This document shows, piece after piece, positions 38,428 to 48,428 of a stretch of 64,000 nt of DNA. Under the pieces are notes generated by a model. That model was not told the origin of the DNA. It worked only from the letters and a program-made list of their open reading frames with translations, and searched no databases. The translations under genes were made by a program, and so were the position numbers. The DNA comes from Candidatus Eremiobacteria bacterium. Its GTDB lineage: Bacteria; Vulcanimicrobiota; Vulcanimicrobiia; Vulcanimicrobiales; Vulcanimicrobiaceae. Where the stretch lies: assembly GCA_963737065.1 (NCBI GenBank), contig CAVTRC010000001.1, positions 800,001 to 864,000 on the forward strand, given 5' to 3'. Within the stretch, counting starts at the first letter, position 1. Every line of letters starts with the position of its first letter.

Positions 38428-39270
38428 ATGAGTTTTGCGGTGCAAGAGCGTCCCCTGGACGTTTCGTTCGGACAAGCGCCGAATCCCGAGCAGGTCTTAC
38501 CGTATCTCGCCGCGCCGCTCGGTGCAGCGGTGATGAGCGGCGGCGATTTTATCCGCAGCCAGTACAATGAAAATTCATGGCAATCGAACAACGAGCCATG
38601 GCAAAATTCATTCGGCTCGATGTTCGGATCGTTCAGCGCAAACATCTTGCAACAGCTGTATCAAATGCTGCAGCGGTTTTTCGGAGGTCAGACGAGCGGC
38701 GAGCAATACTTTCAGAACGCCACCGGCGGATCGGTTGGCGATCCGCATCTTTCGTTCAACGGACAAACATGGAACAACATGGGCAGTCAGCCCAACCTGC
38801 TATCTTCGGATTCGATTTCCGGCGGGTATCAGATCTCGACACAAGCAACGCCGCCGGCGGCAAACGGCGTAACGTACAACCAATCCGCCACCGTCACTAC
38901 GAACAACGGCGCAACGAACGTCACGATGAATAAAGATGGAAACGTCAAGATTTCGCAGTTCGGGCGAAGCTTTTCACTCGAACCGGGACAAAGCGCCGAT
39001 CTCGGCAACGGCGAGTTCGTAGCGCGCAATCAGGACGGATCGCTTGCGGTAACGTGCAATAACGGTACCGGCGGCAACATCACGACGACCATGCGTTCAA
39101 ACGGAACCGGCGTCGACGTGAACGCCACCGCGAATAACGTCGATCTCGGCGGAACACTCGTCAATGGTCCGAACGCGCCGAACCCGGTTGCAACGCCGGC
39201 CCCGATGCCGACCCGCGAACCACTCGTAAGCGGACGTCATATGACGTACAACGTGTTGGACGTCAAGTAG
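38428..39270 (+). CDS. Hypothetical Asn/Gly/Thr/Gln-rich protein with GDPH motif
   Basis: AAGGAGG RBS before ATG 38428; GGSVGDPHLSFNG followed by a beta-rich domain; no signal peptide. Confidence 0.8.
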   Translation: MSFAVQERPLDVSFGQAPNPEQVLPYLAAPLGAAVMSGGDFIRSQYNENSWQSNNEPWQNSFGSMFGSFSANILQQLYQMLQRFFGGQTSGEQYFQNATGGSVGDPHLSFNGQTWNNMGSQPNLLSSDSISGGYQISTQATPPAANGVTYNQSATVTTNNGATNVTMNKDGNVKISQFGRSFSLEPGQSADLGNGEFVARNQDGSLAVTCNNGTGGNITTTMRSNGTGVDVNATANNVDLGGTLVNGPNAPNPVATPAPMPTREPLVSGRHMTYNVLDVK

Positions 39271-39379
39271 CGTCGGAAGCGCTACGAGCATCCCACAAGA
39301 TGCGAGCACGTGATGACAATTACGTCAACCGTGCTCGCCGTTATTGGGATTTCGTAAAAGCCTTCGAACCGTACGACGC
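39270..39379. repeat. Nested imperfect inverted repeat filling the convergent intergenic gap
   Basis: GCGTCG/CGACGC, GAAG/CTTC, TACGA/TCGTA, ATCCCA/TGGGAT, GCGAGCACG/CGTGCTCGC, TGAC/GTCA in nested order. Confidence 0.8.
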
Positions 39380-39772
39380 CTAGAACGTGATCGTGCGCGC
39401 CGGCGCGGTTGCGGCGCATGCCGGTTGAACGACTCGCGTCAAAAGATTCAACGTCACGCTTCCCTCACCAGCCTCGCTCGAACGTGAAAGCGTGTAATAC
39501 GCTTTGTACGATCCGCCCGGATGCAACGGTGGAATACCAATCGCGTCGAGCTTTTGATGATTCTTGTAGATGTCGACGAACTGCATCGTGTTTCTCGCTT
39601 GCGTCGCGCTAGTGTTGTTCAAGATCGTCATCTCGATCCGATAGTGATTCAAATTTCCATCGTGCGAAACGTCAACAACGCGCGCAGACGAAACGGTCGG
39701 GGCCACGCACGTGTTAGCCGCCGCCGGAACGATGGCGCTCATCAAAATCAGTATCGTTGCCATCACTTTCAT
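39380..39772 (-). CDS. Hypothetical small secreted protein (Ig/CARDB-like beta fold)
   Basis: Signal peptide MKVMATILILMSAIVPAAA, two Cys, IPPLHPGGSY motif. Confidence 0.7.
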   Translation of the reverse strand: MKVMATILILMSAIVPAAANTCVAPTVSSARVVDVSHDGNLNHYRIEMTILNNTSATQARNTMQFVDIYKNHQKLDAIGIPPLHPGGSYKAYYTLSRSSEAGEGSVTLNLLTRVVQPACAATAPARTITF

Positions 39773-39831
39773 ACTGCGCTTGTACCCAGCCAAGCGGCCA
39801 CGCGACGTAACGCGACCCCGCATACCAACAA

Positions 39832-40038
39832 GCAGTCGAAGGGCCGTCTCGCGCAGCGACGTACGTGACCCCTCGTAAGGGAAATTTGCAGCTTTTTCGG
39901 GCTTGCCCGGAGGGCAATTTCAAAACTTCGTTCTCCCGAAAAAGTGCGTAAGTAGAAAACCCGCACGAGGCGGGTTTTCGGACGCTTTCCCTTACGAGGG
40001 GTCACGCACGTCGCTGCGCGAGACGGCCCTTCGACTGC
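39832..40038. repeat. 207-bp element with 53-bp terminal inverted repeats (REPIN/MITE-like) containing the secA terminator hairpin
   Basis: Arms 39832-39884 and 39986-40038 are 52/53 complementary; internal hairpins CTTTTTCGGG/CCCGAAAAAG and GAAAACCCGC-acgag-GCGGGTTTTC. Confidence 0.92.
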
Positions 40039-40058
40039 GGCGCAAAGCACCTACGAAG

Positions 40059-42716
40059 CTAGGCGCTAGCGCCGTGACATTTCTTGTATTTTTTGCCGCT
40101 GCCGCACGGACACAGATGGTTGCGCCCGATCTTATCCGCGTGACGCGCCGGCTTCGCCGGTTCGCCGTCGCCAAGATTCGTATGCAGTTGTTGAGGACGG
40201 CGATCCGCACCCGGCATCGGTCCGAGCAACTGCTCTGCTTCGCGCGGTGACAGACGCCCTTCGGGTGCAGCTTGCGGAACCATTGCACCGGCGGGGATCG
40301 GCTCAAACGGCGGCAACGGAGCATGCTGGCCACTGCCTTGGCCGCCATTTTGTCCGGGCGGTGGGCCATGCTCGATCACGACGCGGAAGACGCCTTTGAT
40401 CGCTTCGTCCGCGATGTTGTTTTTGAGCGATTCGAAGATTTCGTACGCTTCTTTTTCGTACTCGACGCGGGGATCTTTTTGACCGTACCCGCGCAGGCCG
40501 ATGCCGGTCTTCAAATGATCCATCACGTAGAGATGGTCGACCCACTGGCGATCGATGATCGGCAGAAGCAGATACCGTTGTTCTACCACGCGCAGAATTT
40601 CGGGTGTGACTTCCGCTTCTTTCGCTTCATAGGCCGCGCGTGCGCGATCGTTGAGCATGCGGCGGACTTCTTCGCGATCTTTGCCCCGCAGCTCGTCTGC
40701 CGTCAGCTCTTGCTTGATGGGAAAGACTTGATCGAGCATCGCGAGCATCTCGTCATAATCCCACTCGCTCGCATGCGCGTTTTCCGGCGCGTTGTGGTCG
40801 ACGGCCTCGTCGACTTTCGCTTCGAGGGACTGCAGCATGAACGTACGCGAGTCGAAGTTGCCTTCCAGTATCGCGCGACGGTCGGCGTAGATGATTTCGC
40901 GCTGCTTGTTCATCACGTCGTCGTATTCCAGGACGTGCTTGCGAATCTCGTAGTTGTGATTCTCGACCTTGCTCTGGGCCCGTTCGATCGATTTCGTGAC
41001 GAGCCCGGATTCGATCGGCTGCTCATCGGTGAAACCGACGCGATCCATGATGTTCGTCATGCGGTCGCCGCCGAAGAGACGCATCACTTCGTCTTCGAGG
41101 GAGACGTAGAACCGTGTCGACCCGGGATCACCTTGGCGTCCCGAACGGCCGCGCAACTGGTTATCGATACGGCGCGACTCGTGGCGCTCGGTACCGATGA
41201 TGTGCAAACCGCCCTTCTGCGCGACGTTCGTGCCGAGCTTGATGTCGGTGCCGCGACCCGCCATGTTGGTCGCGATCGTCACTTGCGCGTCCTGGCCGGC
41301 ATCTTTGACGATCTCGGCTTCCTGCTCGTGATATTTTGCGTTGAGCACATTGCACTCGACGCCTTTACGGCGCAGCATTGCCGCAAGCAGTTCGCTCTTC
41401 TCGATCGACCGCGTTCCGACGAGCACCGGGCGTCCCTTGGTGTGCTCGGCGATGATCTCGTTGACGACCGCGTCAAACTTTGCTTTCTCCGACTTGTAGA
41501 CGATGTCCGAGCTGTCTTTACGCGCCATCGGGCGATTCGTCGGAACCACGACTACGTCGAGGCCATAGATATCGCGGAATTCGCGCTCTTCGGTCTTCGC
41601 GGTACCCGTCATGCCGGCGAGATGATCGTAGAGACGGAAAAGGTTCTGGAACGTGATCGTGGCGAGTGTTTGGTCCTCGCCTCGAACCTTTATGCCTTCC
41701 TTCGCTTCAATCGCCTGATGGATGCCGTCGGAATAGCGGCGTCCGTGCATCAAACGCCCCGTGAACTCATCGACGATGATCACTTCACCGTCTTTGACGA
41801 TGTACTGCTGGTCCTTATGGAACAGATTCCAAGCCTTCAGCGCAGCGTTGAGCTGGTGTGCGAGCTCGATGTTGCGCTGATCGTAGAGATTCGTGATGCC
41901 GAGCATCTTCTCGACCTTCGCAACACCCGCTTCCGTGACCGGAACGGCGTGCGCCTTTTGGTCGACGGTGTAGTCTTCTTCTTTCTTGAGCCGCGGAAGA
42001 ATCTGCGCAAACTTTTCATATAGCTCGGTCGACTCTTGCGATGGGCCGCTGATAATCAGCGGCGTGCGCGCCTCGTCGACGAGGATGGAGTCGACTTCGT
42101 CGACGAGCGCAAAATAAAGCTCGCGCTGTACGAGATCTTCCATCTGCCACGCCATGTTGTCGCGCAGATAGTCGAAACCCACCTCGTTGTTCGTGACGTA
42201 TGTCACGTCGCACGCATACTGTTCGCGGCGTTCCGGCGGCGTAAGGTCGTGCTGAATCACGCCGACTCTCAACCCGAGAAACTGATAGAGCGGTCCCATC
42301 CACTCGGCGTCGCGGCGCGCAAGATAGTCGTTGACCGTGACGACATGAACGCCGCGGCCTTCGAGTGCGCGCGCATAGACCGGCAGCGTTGCAACGAGCG
42401 TCTTGCCTTCGCCGGTTTTCATCTCGGCGATGCGGCCTTCGTAAAGCACCTGTCCGCCCATGATCTGCACGTCGAAATGTCGCATGCCGAGCACACGCTT
42501 GCCGGCCTCGCGTACGACGGCGAAAGCTTCGGGCAACAAATCATCGAGCAGTTCGCCGGCGGCTAGGCGTCCGCGAAATTCTTCCGTCTTCGCGCGAAGC
42601 GCTTCGTCGGAGAGCGCTTCAGTCTGCGATTCGAGCGCGTTGACTTGGTCAACGGTGCGCCGCAACCGGGAAATTTCGCGCTCGTTGCCGTCGAAAAGCG
42701 CCTTGAGGAATGCCAT
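40059..42716 (-). CDS. secA: Preprotein translocase ATPase SecA
   Basis: [53 protein letters not shown]. Confidence 0.99.
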   Translation of the reverse strand: MAFLKALFDGNEREISRLRRTVDQVNALESQTEALSDEALRAKTEEFRGRLAAGELLDDLLPEAFAVVREAGKRVLGMRHFDVQIMGGQVLYEGRIAEMKTGEGKTLVATLPVYARALEGRGVHVVTVNDYLARRDAEWMGPLYQFLGLRVGVIQHDLTPPERREQYACDVTYVTNNEVGFDYLRDNMAWQMEDLVQRELYFALVDEVDSILVDEARTPLIISGPSQESTELYEKFAQILPRLKKEEDYTVDQKAHAVPVTEAGVAKVEKMLGITNLYDQRNIELAHQLNAALKAWNLFHKDQQYIVKDGEVIIVDEFTGRLMHGRRYSDGIHQAIEAKEGIKVRGEDQTLATITFQNLFRLYDHLAGMTGTAKTEEREFRDIYGLDVVVVPTNRPMARKDSSDIVYKSEKAKFDAVVNEIIAEHTKGRPVLVGTRSIEKSELLAAMLRRKGVECNVLNAKYHEQEAEIVKDAGQDAQVTIATNMAGRGTDIKLGTNVAQKGGLHIIGTERHESRRIDNQLRGRSGRQGDPGSTRFYVSLEDEVMRLFGGDRMTNIMDRVGFTDEQPIESGLVTKSIERAQSKVENHNYEIRKHVLEYDDVMNKQREIIYADRRAILEGNFDSRTFMLQSLEAKVDEAVDHNAPENAHASEWDYDEMLAMLDQVFPIKQELTADELRGKDREEVRRMLNDRARAAYEAKEAEVTPEILRVVEQRYLLLPIIDRQWVDHLYVMDHLKTGIGLRGYGQKDPRVEYEKEAYEIFESLKNNIADEAIKGVFRVVIEHGPPPGQNGGQGSGQHAPLPPFEPIPAGAMVPQAAPEGRLSPREAEQLLGPMPGADRRPQQLHTNLGDGEPAKPARHADKIGRNHLCPCGSGKKYKKCHGASA

Positions 42717-42902
42717 ACGGGTTTGTAACGTTCTCCGGGATCAGTTGTTTCTTTAAGAAGCTCTGCTTTGACCGATGTCTTCGTCGCCGCGCGCCCGATT
42801 TACCGCAGTCGAGTTTCACGGCCGCCGCCGCGCTTCAGTCTCCGCCACAACAGCTTCCGAGGTCGCTCTCGCCGCCGAGGGTGGAAAGGCACGCTTCGTC
42901 GA

Positions 42903-44036
42903 TTACGGCGCTAGGCCGAGGCCGATCACCGTACCCGGTGACGTGAACGTAGTCGTTGGCGCCACGTTTCCGGTCGCACCGGAAGGAAAGACGTAGATAA
43001 CGCCCGCGCCGGACGCCGTCGAATCCGCGACATAGATCTTTCCTGAGCTGTCAACTTTAACATCGGTCGGAGCAAACAGTTTTGTATTGCTTCCGGCAAT
43101 AAACGTCGGCGTCGTGCTGCCGTTCGCGAAGATGAGCACGGCCGGACATGAGGGCGTACACACTTTCGCTGCCTGGTCGCTGACGTAGAGCGTTCCGCTG
43201 CCGCCAAGCGCGATCCCGGTCGGCTGACCAATGCCGGTGGTGAGCGTCTTCACGGGCGCGACGTTGACCGGCGTCGCGGTCGGCGACGGTGTCGGTGAGG
43301 GGGTCGCCGTCGCACCGGTGGGCGTTGCGGTCGGCGACGGCGTTGCCGTCGGTGATGCGGTCGCGGTCGGCGACGGCGTGGGCGAAGGGCTCGGCAAGGT
43401 AAACTCCTCGACCGACGCGCCTTGAAGGTTCGTCACGTAGATGTTCTGGTTGGAATCGACGGCCACGCCGCTCGGGACGTTGAGTCCGGTGAGGGGACCG
43501 GCAACCCGTTCGATCGCGCCACCCAAGACCACCGCGTTGAAGAGCTGCAGCTGATTCGAGAACGCTTGCGGCTGGTTCGGATCGACGACGGCCGTGACGA
43601 GATAATCGGTTTTCGTCGAGCCGCTCGTCGTTGAGTACCCCGCGATGCCGCGCGGATGCACGCTTCCATAGCTGAACCCGTTGAAAGGAATGACGTTTCC
43701 GGTCGCTTCGGCTTTGATCTCGACAATCGCCCCGCTTTTAAGGCTGGGCTGCCAATTCGTCGTGAAGATGTTGGCTTTGCTGTCGAACGTGAGATACTGC
43801 GGGCCGTTTAGACCACCGGCGGAGCCACCGGTCGAAATCTGATAATCGGGACCACCGGCCGTCGACGTCGTATAGACGCTGATGCCGTTCTGCGTTGCAT
43901 TGGTCGCGTACAGCGTCTCGGGCGCGAACGACGGACCGACGGAAAGGGTTTGGTTTGCACCGCCGGACGCGCAGCCGGCGACCGCAATCGCCGTAGCGGC
44001 GAGTCCCGCAAGACCAATGGCAAGCCTACGCAGCAT
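42903..44036 (-). CDS. NHL-repeat lipoprotein with Pro/Thr-rich linker
   Basis: Lipobox AVAGC; NHL repeats (PSGVAVDSNQNIYVTN, PTDVKVDSSGKIYVAD); GAGGAG RBS. Confidence 0.85.
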   Translation of the reverse strand: MLRRLAIGLAGLAATAIAVAGCASGGANQTLSVGPSFAPETLYATNATQNGISVYTTSTAGGPDYQISTGGSAGGLNGPQYLTFDSKANIFTTNWQPSLKSGAIVEIKAEATGNVIPFNGFSYGSVHPRGIAGYSTTSGSTKTDYLVTAVVDPNQPQAFSNQLQLFNAVVLGGAIERVAGPLTGLNVPSGVAVDSNQNIYVTNLQGASVEEFTLPSPSPTPSPTATASPTATPSPTATPTGATATPSPTPSPTATPVNVAPVKTLTTGIGQPTGIALGGSGTLYVSDQAAKVCTPSCPAVLIFANGSTTPTFIAGSNTKLFAPTDVKVDSSGKIYVADSTASGAGVIYVFPSGATGNVAPTTTFTSPGTVIGLGLAP

Positions 44037-44253
44037 ACAATCTCCTCGAGGAAAGCAGTCCCAGGTTGGATAGGCGGGCCACTTTTCCTGGAATGGATAA
44101 GCCGACCGCTGCCGGGTGATGTGACGCCCTCCACAGTTCAAAGGCGACGAATGCAACGATCGCGATCAGAATGATCGTAACGACCCAGCGGATTGCAAGC
44201 CGCCGGTGATACGCGGGCTTACTCGATTCCGTGTCGATAATCTGTCGAGGCAC
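44026..44253 (-). CDS. Small single-pass membrane protein
   Basis: AAGGA RBS then GTG; one TM helix WVVTIILIAIVAFVAF. Confidence 0.55.
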   Translation of the reverse strand: MPRQIIDTESSKPAYHRRLAIRWVVTIILIAIVAFVAFELWRASHHPAAVGLSIPGKVARLSNLGLLSSRRLYAA

Positions 44254-44277
44254 GAGGATTCCTTCTTAGGAGGACGG

Positions 44278-45099
44278 CTAAACCGTTTTGTCGTGCGGCG
44301 CGTGGTTCACGGCGTACGGCGTAACGTGCCGCAGCAGTTCACCTGCCGTTACGAACGTGTACCCGGCGCGGCGAAAACGAGCGACGATAGCCGGGATCGC
44401 CTCCACCGTTGCCAGTTTGCCGCTGTGCATAAGAACGATGTCCGGCGCCGTTGCGTTCTTGACAACGCCGTTTTCGATATTCTCGGGCGTGACGGTGCGC
44501 CAGTCGCCGGTGTCGTCCGTCCACAGCACGACATCGTAGCCCATTTGCTGCGCGGTCTCGATCGTCGCAATGGTATAGCGCCCGTGCGGCGGGCGCATCA
44601 TCGTGCGCACGGATGGATCGTGCACGAGGCTCCATAACACGTCGCGTCCGCGCGTGATCTCGTCGCGAACTTGCTGCGGCGTCTCTTGATCGAGATTCGG
44701 ATGCGAATAGGTATGATCGGCGATCTCGTTGCCTTGCGCTTCGATGCGCTGCGCGAGTTCCGGCCATTGTTCGGCATCGCGCCCGATCAAAAAAAATGTC
44801 GCGGGAACGTTGAGCGAGTGAAGCTCGTCGAGGAGCAACGGCGTGAACATCGGATACGGACCGTCGTCGAACGTCAGCGCGATGAGCTTCGGATGGTCAA
44901 CCGCACCGCGCGATTGCGTTCTCTCGGCGAGACGGTGAATGCGGGCACCGAGCCCCGTGCCGAGTTCTGCATCGGCATTCATCGTCGGCGTAATGACGGC
45001 CGACGTCGGTTCCGTCATATGCTTCAATTCGCGCGCGCCCGCAATCAGGAGCGCAATGACCAGGAGCGTCGCGATAACGGTTTGCATTCGCGCGCGCAC
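44278..45099 (-). CDS. Polysaccharide deacetylase (CE4/NodB)
   Basis: ALTFDDGP, HTYSH, RPPHG, IVLMH. Confidence 0.95.
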   Translation of the reverse strand: MRARMQTVIATLLVIALLIAGARELKHMTEPTSAVITPTMNADAELGTGLGARIHRLAERTQSRGAVDHPKLIALTFDDGPYPMFTPLLLDELHSLNVPATFFLIGRDAEQWPELAQRIEAQGNEIADHTYSHPNLDQETPQQVRDEITRGRDVLWSLVHDPSVRTMMRPPHGRYTIATIETAQQMGYDVVLWTDDTGDWRTVTPENIENGVVKNATAPDIVLMHSGKLATVEAIPAIVARFRRAGYTFVTAGELLRHVTPYAVNHAPHDKTV

Positions 45100-45100
45100 C

Positions 45101-46525
45101 TTACAACGGCGATGCGGACGGTGTCGTCCGCTTCGCGACGACGGCGTTGGCTAAATCACGGCCGACGTACACGGTCACGTCACTCGGCTGCGCGGTCGCC
45201 GTCGCGCTGGGGCTGCTGCTCGCCGGCGGCAAGCCCGTGATCGGCGTGGATTGCAGCGCTGCGGGCAATGCCGAACGCACTTTAGCGCCGGCGAACGTAA
45301 CCGTAGAATGTTCTTGGATTTGCGTCTTGTCCTGATCCGTGACGTCGGCATTACCCACGTCACCGATCGCGAAACCCGCATTCTTTAGCGTATCGGCAAC
45401 GGCGCGCGCGGCGCCCGTCGTTCCGCTCGCGTTCTCGACGTCCACGCGGACCGTTCCCGGAGCAATCGCGGCGAGAGCCATGGCGTCGGGCGATGGTTGC
45501 GGCGTCGGAGGCGCAATCAACGTATTCTGCACGATGCCCGCGAGTTGCGTTTTGTCGGGTATCAAATCGTCACCATCGGCCATCTCGACGTCGTCTGTAT
45601 ACGGCACCTGCGCGAAGTGCACGTTCTTCGGAGAGAAATTCGAAAAGTACGACGCAAGGGAAAACAGCTCGTTTTGCGTGAGATTCGTGTCAATGTCGCG
45701 ACGAATGACGGCAAGAATGTTGCCCGCGTGAATCAGCGTGTTCATCTTGTCGCCCTTGATCTTGTCGAGCACGGCCGTTATGACTTCATTTTGTCGCATA
45801 ATGCGGCATGGGTCGCTGCACCAGTCGTGACGGAAGCGGCCGTAACCGACCGCCGCATCGCCATCTAGATGATGCAGCCCTTCGGACAAGTGAATGTGCA
45901 GATGACCCCACGTATCATCATAGTCGAGTCGTCCGCCGGTGCACCCCGTGTGATTCATCAAACAATCGGACGTTTTGACGTAGAGATCGATCCCGCCGAT
46001 CGCGTTGATCAGATCTTTCGTTGCGTCGATGCGCAACACGACGTAACGGTCGAAACCCGGGATGCCGAGAAATTGCGCAATGACTTGCTGCGCTTCTTTG
46101 ACGCCACCGTCCGATTGCGCCTCGTTGATCTTGCGTTGCGAGCCGTTCGGATATGTCGCCAGCATATCGCGCGGTACTGAAACGACGTAAACGCCTTTAT
46201 TGACGAAGTCGAGGTTGACCGCCTTGATGACGTCGCTTCGCGAATTCTTCGAAAACTCGATGTCGTTGTCGGTGTAGTCATAATCGAGGCCTTCCATCAG
46301 CACGAGCAGGTTCGGTTTCCCGAAGACCTGATCGGGCGACGGCACGAAGGCGTCGGTAATGAACTGCACCGGGTTCTCGTGTTTGAAGATAGCGAAACCG
46401 GCAAGCGCGGACCCGAATCCGACGAGCACGAGCCCGATAATAAGCGTCGTACGCCGTATCCACAACGGCGTGGTAGGTTCGGGCTTTTCCATCGAGACCG
46501 GCGGCTGCTCCAAGTGCTTACCCAA
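45101..46525 (-). CDS. LCP family protein with C-terminal LytR_C domain
   Basis: SRSDVI, SVPRDM, KINEA, RFRHD, RIMRQ; VDVENASGTTGAA. Confidence 0.93.
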   Translation of the reverse strand: MGKHLEQPPVSMEKPEPTTPLWIRRTTLIIGLVLVGFGSALAGFAIFKHENPVQFITDAFVPSPDQVFGKPNLLVLMEGLDYDYTDNDIEFSKNSRSDVIKAVNLDFVNKGVYVVSVPRDMLATYPNGSQRKINEAQSDGGVKEAQQVIAQFLGIPGFDRYVVLRIDATKDLINAIGGIDLYVKTSDCLMNHTGCTGGRLDYDDTWGHLHIHLSEGLHHLDGDAAVGYGRFRHDWCSDPCRIMRQNEVITAVLDKIKGDKMNTLIHAGNILAVIRRDIDTNLTQNELFSLASYFSNFSPKNVHFAQVPYTDDVEMADGDDLIPDKTQLAGIVQNTLIAPPTPQPSPDAMALAAIAPGTVRVDVENASGTTGAARAVADTLKNAGFAIGDVGNADVTDQDKTQIQEHSTVTFAGAKVRSALPAALQSTPITGLPPASSSPSATATAQPSDVTVYVGRDLANAVVAKRTTPSASPL

Positions 46526-47900
46526 CCGAAATCGGCTCCTTTATGCCGGCCGCGACGCGTCCGTAGAAGTCAAACGGGCCATGACCTTCCAACGTGATCG
46601 GGGCGAATTCCCCGATCCGCGCATCGCCGGTAAAATACACACCGCCGTCGACGCCGGGTGCTTCGCCATCAGAACGTCCGTACCACACGTCGGCCCCTCC
46701 GAGCGGCGCGCGCAATGCATCACTCTTGCGCAGCCGGCGCCGCTCTTCGACGAGGACCTTGACCGTCGAACCGACCCGCTTCGCGCGAGCCCGTTCGGAA
46801 GCGAGCCGTTGCGCTTCACGCAGGCGAACCAGCCGTCTGCGCCGCTCGCGCGCGGGCACCTGACCGGTCAGTTGTGCGCCCGGCGTTCCCTCCTCCGCGC
46901 TGTACTCAAAAAAGCCGACGCGATCTAATTCGGCCCGGCCGATCCACTCCTCGAGGTATCGCACGTGTTCCTCGGTCTCGCCCGGGAATCCGACGATGAA
47001 GGTCGAGCGCATCGTAATTCCCGCGACGCGTTCGCGGAAGTCGTTGATGATTTCTAAGTAGCGCTCGCCGTTGCCGGGGCGCAGCATCGCGCGCAGGACG
47101 TCGGGATGCGCGTGCTGCAGCGGCATGTCCATGTATTTGCAGATCTTCGGAAGGCTCGCAATCGTGTCGATCAGTTCGCCGTCTACCGTTGCGGGATACA
47201 GGTAGAGCAACCGAATCCACTCGATACCGTCGATCTCGTGAAGATGCTGGAGAAGCGCCGCGAGGCCGCCTCGGCGCATTCCGCGGTCGCGTCCGTACAT
47301 CGACGTATCCTGAGCGATCAAGATCAGTTCTTTCGCACCGGCCGCCGCAAGCGCACGCGCTTCCTTGACGATCGACTCGGCGCTACGGCTGCGGAAACGA
47401 CCGCGCAATTTCGGAATGATGCAAAACGTGCACGGATGATCGCAGCCTTCGGCGACTTTCAAGTACGCCGTCGCTTTCGGCGTCGTAATCAAGCGCGGAA
47501 GAAAATCGTGCTCCGCCTCCGTTTCGAAATCCAAACGAACGGGTTTGCGCCCGGCATGAACGTCGTCGAGCAATTCGACGATGCTGCCGTACGCGCCGGT
47601 ACCTACGACGCCGTCGATTTCCGGAATCAGCGACTGGAGTTGCTCGCCGTACCGCTGCGCGAGACAGCCCGCCACCACAAGTTGCTGCCCGGGAAGCTTC
47701 CGTTGCGCGTGCTCGAGAATCATTTCCGTCGACTCGGCTTTTGCGGGATCGATAAACGCGCAGGTGTTGATAATGACGGTATCCGCGCGGTGCGCCTCAG
47801 CGGTGAGTTCATATCCTGCGGCGCCAAGCTTCGCAATCATGACTTCGGTATCGACCAGATTTTTTGCGCAGCCTAAACTAACGAAGGAGACGGTGGCCAT
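46518..47900 (-). CDS. rimO: Ribosomal protein S12 methylthiotransferase
   Basis: VSLGCAKNLVDTE, INTCAFI, AEGCDHPCTFCIIP, APGVDG. Confidence 0.96.
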   Translation of the reverse strand: MATVSFVSLGCAKNLVDTEVMIAKLGAAGYELTAEAHRADTVIINTCAFIDPAKAESTEMILEHAQRKLPGQQLVVAGCLAQRYGEQLQSLIPEIDGVVGTGAYGSIVELLDDVHAGRKPVRLDFETEAEHDFLPRLITTPKATAYLKVAEGCDHPCTFCIIPKLRGRFRSRSAESIVKEARALAAAGAKELILIAQDTSMYGRDRGMRRGGLAALLQHLHEIDGIEWIRLLYLYPATVDGELIDTIASLPKICKYMDMPLQHAHPDVLRAMLRPGNGERYLEIINDFRERVAGITMRSTFIVGFPGETEEHVRYLEEWIGRAELDRVGFFEYSAEEGTPGAQLTGQVPARERRRRLVRLREAQRLASERARAKRVGSTVKVLVEERRRLRKSDALRAPLGGADVWYGRSDGEAPGVDGGVYFTGDARIGEFAPITLEGHGPFDFYGRVAAGIKEPISVG

Positions 47901-47903
47901 GGC

Positions 47904-48395
47904 TTACCGATAATTCACAAACTGGAGGGGCAGTTCAAAGTTCATCGCTTTGAGTTCTGCGATGACTTTTTGAAGATCGTCGCGGCTCTTGCCCGTTACA
48001 CGAATCTGCTCGTCTTGATACTGCGCGTTGACCTTGACCTTGAGCGCCTTGATTTTCTCCATCAGCGGCTTGCTCTTGTCTTTCGGAATGCCGCTGCGTA
48101 CCGCGATCACGCGGCGCACGGTTCCACCGGCTGCCGGTTCCACTTCGCCGATGTCGAATGCCTTGATATCGATTCCGCGCTTCACGGCTTTGCTTTCGAT
48201 GATATCGATGACGTTTTTCATCTTCAGCTCGTCGTCAGAAACCACCGTGATCTTCTTCGAATCGTTTTCGATCGACGTTTTCGAGCTTTTAAAGTCGAAC
48301 CGGTTGTCGATCTCCTTGCGCGCCTGGTTGAGCGCGTTATCCAGCTCTTGCTGATCGATGCGCGACACGATATCGAACGACGCTTCGCTCGCCAT
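47904..48395 (-). CDS. yajQ: YajQ family nucleotide/c-di-GMP-binding protein
   Basis: SFDIVS, NRFDFK, RVTGKSRDDLQ, LQFVNYR. Confidence 0.96.
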   Translation of the reverse strand: MASEASFDIVSRIDQQELDNALNQARKEIDNRFDFKSSKTSIENDSKKITVVSDDELKMKNVIDIIESKAVKRGIDIKAFDIGEVEPAAGGTVRRVIAVRSGIPKDKSKPLMEKIKALKVKVNAQYQDEQIRVTGKSRDDLQKVIAELKAMNFELPLQFVNYR

Positions 48396-48428
48396 GAACC
48401 TTCCTCTACCTCAAAAATGCTCAGCCGG

